NCBI GenBank assembly: GCA_013265495.1
Contig: MU063211.1
Coordinates: 124,001-188,000, forward strand
DNA from: Vicugna vicugna
Lineage: Eukaryota
Length of the DNA: 64,000 bases
Direction: 5' to 3'
Shown here: positions 59,995 through 64,000 of the stretch, piece after piece
How the letters are laid out: every line of letters begins with the position of its first letter
How positions within the stretch are numbered: position 1 is the first letter of the stretch
Position numbers and translations under genes: made by a program
The notes under the pieces: model-generated
Told to the model about the DNA's origin: nothing
The model's database searches: none
The model's input: the letters and a program-made list of their open reading frames with translations, nothing else

Positions 59995-61984
59995 ACTATT
60001 AACCCTAAAAAAAATGACTGGTTAAAGCAAGAAGTACTGCCTTCAGGGTTTATAATGTATGTGAAGTAATACATTTGACAATAACATAAAGGATGAGGGT
60101 GTGAATGGATTTACATGCTTATGAAGTGGCACAGTGTTAACCCAGGTGACTGTGAAAAATTATGGAGCACAGGTGCAATCACTGGATAACCACTAAAATC
60201 ACAATGCAAAGATGCATAACTTAAAATTCAAGAGGTAAGTTATAATGGAGTTATTTTTTAAATAGTGAATCAAATAAAGTAAGAAAGTAGTAAAGAAAAA
60301 CAAAAACAAACAAAAAACAGAAGAGAAAGTGAAAAAAATATAAAAATACACTTGAATTTTAATAGAATAAGTACTCCAATTAAAAGGCAGAGGTTATCAG
60401 GATGAATTAATTTTTAAAAAAAAAAAGCAAGACCCAACTCTATACTGTCTACAGGAGGAGCACTTTAAATATAAAGACAAAAACAGGTTGAAAGTAAATG
60501 GATAAAAACATATATACTGTGCAAAGAATGTAAATAAGCTGCAGTAGCTCTATTAATATTAGATGTAATAGACACCAGGACAAAGAATGTTGCCAAAGCT
60601 GGAGATGGACGTTTCATACGGATAAGAGGGCAAAGTTATCAGGAAGACAAAGCACCCATGATGTGTGTGCTCCTAATAACAGAGCCTCTAAATACATGGA
60701 AGAGACACTGACAGAACTGAAGAAAGTACTACAATTCCTCAGTCACTGGAGAGCACTTTTAATGCCCCTCTCCCAACGACTGATGGAAAAGCAGAATGAA
60801 AAAAAAAAGTCAGTAAAAACACGGAGGACCTGCAACACTGTCAGCATGACGGAGTTGACATGTACCAAACGCCGTCCCCAACAATGAAAAATTCACACCT
60901 TTCCTAAGTGTACATAGTCTGCTCACCAAGACAGACCATATTCTGAGCCACACAGCAAGTAAACTAAATTTAAAAGACTTAGTGTTAGAGCACATTTCCT
61001 GACCACAACGGAACTGAATCAGAAACCAAGAACAGCCAGATGCCTAGGAACCCCAAGCACACGGGCACCAGCAGCAGCTAATGACCCATGCTCAGGAGAG
61101 AAGTCACGTGGAGAGCAGAAAATACTTCAGACTGAATGACCTTGGAAAGACAGCATATGACAATCTGTGGGGTGCAGTGAAAGCAGTGCTCTGAGGGGAA
61201 TGAACAGCTTGTGTCAGAGTATAGCCTGTGTCTATTCAGAGCTCTACAATCAGCAACCTGAGGCTCTACCAAGGGCTGACAGAAGAGCAAGATCAACCCA
61301 GAGTGAATAGAAGGAAGGAAAAATAATAATAAGGAAAGAAATTGGAAGCCAACAAAACATAGAGAAAATTAACAAAGCCAAAAGCTGATTCTTTGAAAAG
61401 ATCAAACAGTTGACAAGATCCTAGCCAGCATGACCAAAATAACATGAGAGAAAAACATAAATCTTCAGTTCCAGGGATGTAAGACTGGTTGTTGTTTCGG
61501 GTCTTCAGGGGACAATAAAAAGGTAGTATGAGTAACCTTCTGCTGATAAATTCAGTAACATTAAAACTTTAATAAGAGAACATCATGTATAACCTCATGC
61601 TGACAACTGCAGCTAAAAGGACAAATTCCTTAAAAAAAAAAATACTTACCCCCAAATTCACACTAAGTGAGAGACAAGATCTGACTATTTCTGTAGCCTT
61701 TTTTTTTAAATGAATTTTTAAACAAGGGAAACAAACCTTCCCACCAAGGAAGTTCCAGGTCTAGACGGTTTCACTGGTGATTTTATCAAACATTCAAAAA
61801 GATACTGCATCAAAGCTGCGTGAACCATTTCAGACAACAAAAGAGTAGGGAGAATTCCTCAGCTTGCTTTATGAGGCCAGCATAATCCTGACACAAAAAC
61901 AGACAAGAGCACTGAAGAAAGACAGCTAGGAACCAATACTCCTCATGACTGCAGACAAGAAGGTCTTTAAAAAAATGCTAGCAA

Positions 61985-62113
61985 TATGGTAGCTCACAGA
62001 GAAAAAAATGTGACAGTGAATATATACATGTTCATGTACAACTGAAAAATTGTGCTCTACACTGGAGTTTGACACAACATTGTAAAATGACTATAAATCA
62101 ACAAAAAATGTTT
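61985..62113 (+). mobile_element. Short young L1 tail (camelid-like) inserted in older L1 ORF2
   Basis: gttcatgtacaactgaaaaattgtgctctacactggagtttgacacaacattgtaaaatgactataaatcaac. Imperfect 14-bp TSD aaaaatgctagcaa (61971-61984) / aaaaatattagcga (62114-62127). Confidence 0.75.
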
Positions 62114-63339
62114 AAAAATATTAGCGATACAGGAAATCTAGCAACATAGAAAAAGGACGATGCATCATGACCCAGGAGGGGTTGTCTCAGAATGCAAGGA
62201 TGGTTTAACGTTTACAAATCCATCCACATAATTTACCATGATAACAGAATGAAGAGGGAAACCTCTGTGATTATTGTAAAGGACACAGAAAGAAAATGCA
62301 TTTGACAAAATTAAAGATCCAACTACAACAGAACTCTTGGGGACCTCAGAATAGAGCTACACGGGGTAGGAATTTAAAACCCAAGCTCACAGCACGCTCA
62401 GTGGCGGAGAAGGCTTTCCCCTCGAGATCAGGGACAAAACAAGGATTCCCGCTCTCGGGGCCCTTAGACAGTATCTCCTGGAGGTTCTAGTCTCTCTGCA
62501 GAAGGACAACAAACCATGCAAGTCAGAAAAGGAGTCATCAGCCAGCCTCCGAGCCTCGGAAGCCTCTGACTGCTCTGCTGCAGGGCCGTCCCATCCCTTC
62601 CGGAGCCCCAAGCGACCTCCCCGTTCAGTCTCAGCCTCGCGTTTCTTAACCAGAACAAAGACTTCGGGAAGTGGTCTTGGAGGCCAAGCAGTTCCCCGCC
62701 TCACCTCCCCGCATCCGGACGGCCCAGAGGGCGGCAAGGATCTTCCCCCAATAGTGGGGCGAGTCCAGAATTTCAGCCTATCCAATTTGTCACTGTTGCT
62801 GGCAGACACCAGCAGGAGAGCCCGTGGAAATTGACGTGTCTTACTTCCTTTTGCTGTTTTTCCTAAACCCCGACCTTCGCTGGTGCATTTAATGGCCTTT
62901 GCTTTTCTTGACATCTTTGTTCTCAGATTGCACCGGGGGAACCAGACAGTCAGCAGGCAAAGCTGCCGAGTCCGGGAGAGTGTGTCTCGGCAGGTGTGTA
63001 TGCAGGGCTGAGCGGAGATCTGTTCGGAGGAGGGGCAGCCGGACAAGGGCGAGCAGGGCTGTGGATCCTGAGGGTCTCGGCCCCGAGGCAGCCTGTGTCC
63101 CTGCCCCAGTCTCCCTGCATGCAAGATGAGGCACCGGCAGTTGAGAGACGCAAGGCTCCTGGCCCTGGCCTGGCCAGGGCCACTGTTCAGCTGTCTGGTC
63201 TACCTGGTCCCCTGCTGCAAGGGTGGAACTGGGGAGGAGAGCTCCAGCCTTGGGAGGGGTGCAAGGGCGGAGCTGACTGGAATCCCAGCAGGGCAACCTG
63301 GTAGAGTGAGAAGACCCGGAGGCCGGAAGTCACAGACCC

Positions 63340-63470
63340 ACAGCTCTCCTACCCCCTGGGGTGGGGCGCTTAGCAGCTTAGGACCGGGGTCCTCACTCTG
63401 TAAAGGTGGAAGCAACATGGCTTAAATACAGATGTGGTGAGAATGCACTTCACACACATGCCGTCGCGAG
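63340..63470 (+). mobile_element. MIR fragment
   Basis: ggtcctcactctgtaaaggtggaagcaac resembles MIR tttcctcatctgtaaaatggggataat. Confidence 0.45.
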
Positions 63471-64000
63471 CGCCACGATGCACAGCAAGTTTAACAATTG
63501 CACCTTCCTTCCCCTCCCTCGACCAGGAGGAAAGCCGGGCCCTGGGTGGGCTACCTGGATGGGAACCCCTCCCTGGGAACCCGCCAGGCCCGGGGCTGGG
63601 GGTCTGGGCTGGGCCCTCAGGCAAGAAGCAGGGGACATTGCACTGGACCCAACCCCACAGCAGCAATGGATGGCGAGCCCCCAGCCTCTGACTTGGCCCC
63701 CCACACCCAGCGTCTTCTCCCAGGCTTCTCCCCCAGGACACCCCACCCTGAGGTCCTGGCTCCCCCATCCCCAGCTTCTCCCTGTGTCTCCCCCTGCAGT
63801 GAAGGCCTCTTATCCACCCAAGCCCCAAGCCAGCTTCTAGACCAGCCTTGGTTTTCCAGCCCCACCCCAGCCATCAGCATGTCCTGTCCCCACTCTCCGA
63901 ATGAGATTCGCCATCCACCCTGAAACTTCTCGCCTGGCTGCACCCCCAGGCCAAGCCCAGTCATCACTCGAGCGACCCTTTCAGCTGCCCCAGGACAACC

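Larger units (their letters stand above)
57670..62540 (+). mobile_element. Large decayed LINE-1 (5' UTR, ORF1 and ORF2 EN/RT fragments)
   Basis: ORF 60663-60887 contains APNNRASKYMEETLTELK (L1 endonuclease region). ORF 62296-62490 contains EKAFPSRSGTKQGFPLS (L1 RT region). L1M-like 5' end aacagctataaacgctggacaaag near 57890. Many stops and frameshifts; 5' edge approximate. Confidence 0.9.

Noticed and set aside
1-64000. tRNA, rRNA, snoRNA, known miRNA or tRNA-derived SINE
   Set aside because: None recognised by eye. An Infernal/Rfam and miRBase scan is needed to exclude them formally.

Overview
This is mammalian genomic DNA, not prokaryotic. It is GC- and CpG-rich (judged by eye, not computed) and looks subtelomeric. 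Young LINE-1 3' tails (40476-40531, ~59800-59994, 61985-62113) resemble those I recall from camelid genomes, so a camelid source is my inference. I recognise no protein-coding gene: the ORF track consists of overlapping Pro/Gly/Arg/Ala-rich frames on both strands, as expected by chance at high GC, and the only recognisable peptides are decayed L1 ORF2 pieces. The window holds L1, L2 and MIR relics, about seven MaLR (MLT1) LTRs, a MER20, an ERV1-like LTR with a tandem CCAAT array, simple repeats, a 584-bp near-identical tandem duplication, CpG-dense promoter-like patches and short non-repeat AT-rich islands dense in transcription-factor motifs. I could not identify the locus and cannot confirm a new biological system. 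The best leads are: (i) a ~346-bp element made of an L1 5' end joined to an L1 3' end, with its own target-site duplication; (ii) an 83-bp duplicated module carrying STAT-type sites; (iii) strong AT-to-GC conversion of old repeats, which makes candidate constrained enhancers stand out as AT islands; (iv) a candidate plus-strand terminal exon and a TATA-containing CpG island. All repeat subfamily names come from remembered consensus sequences and need RepeatMasker/Dfam confirmation; most repeat boundaries are approximate.
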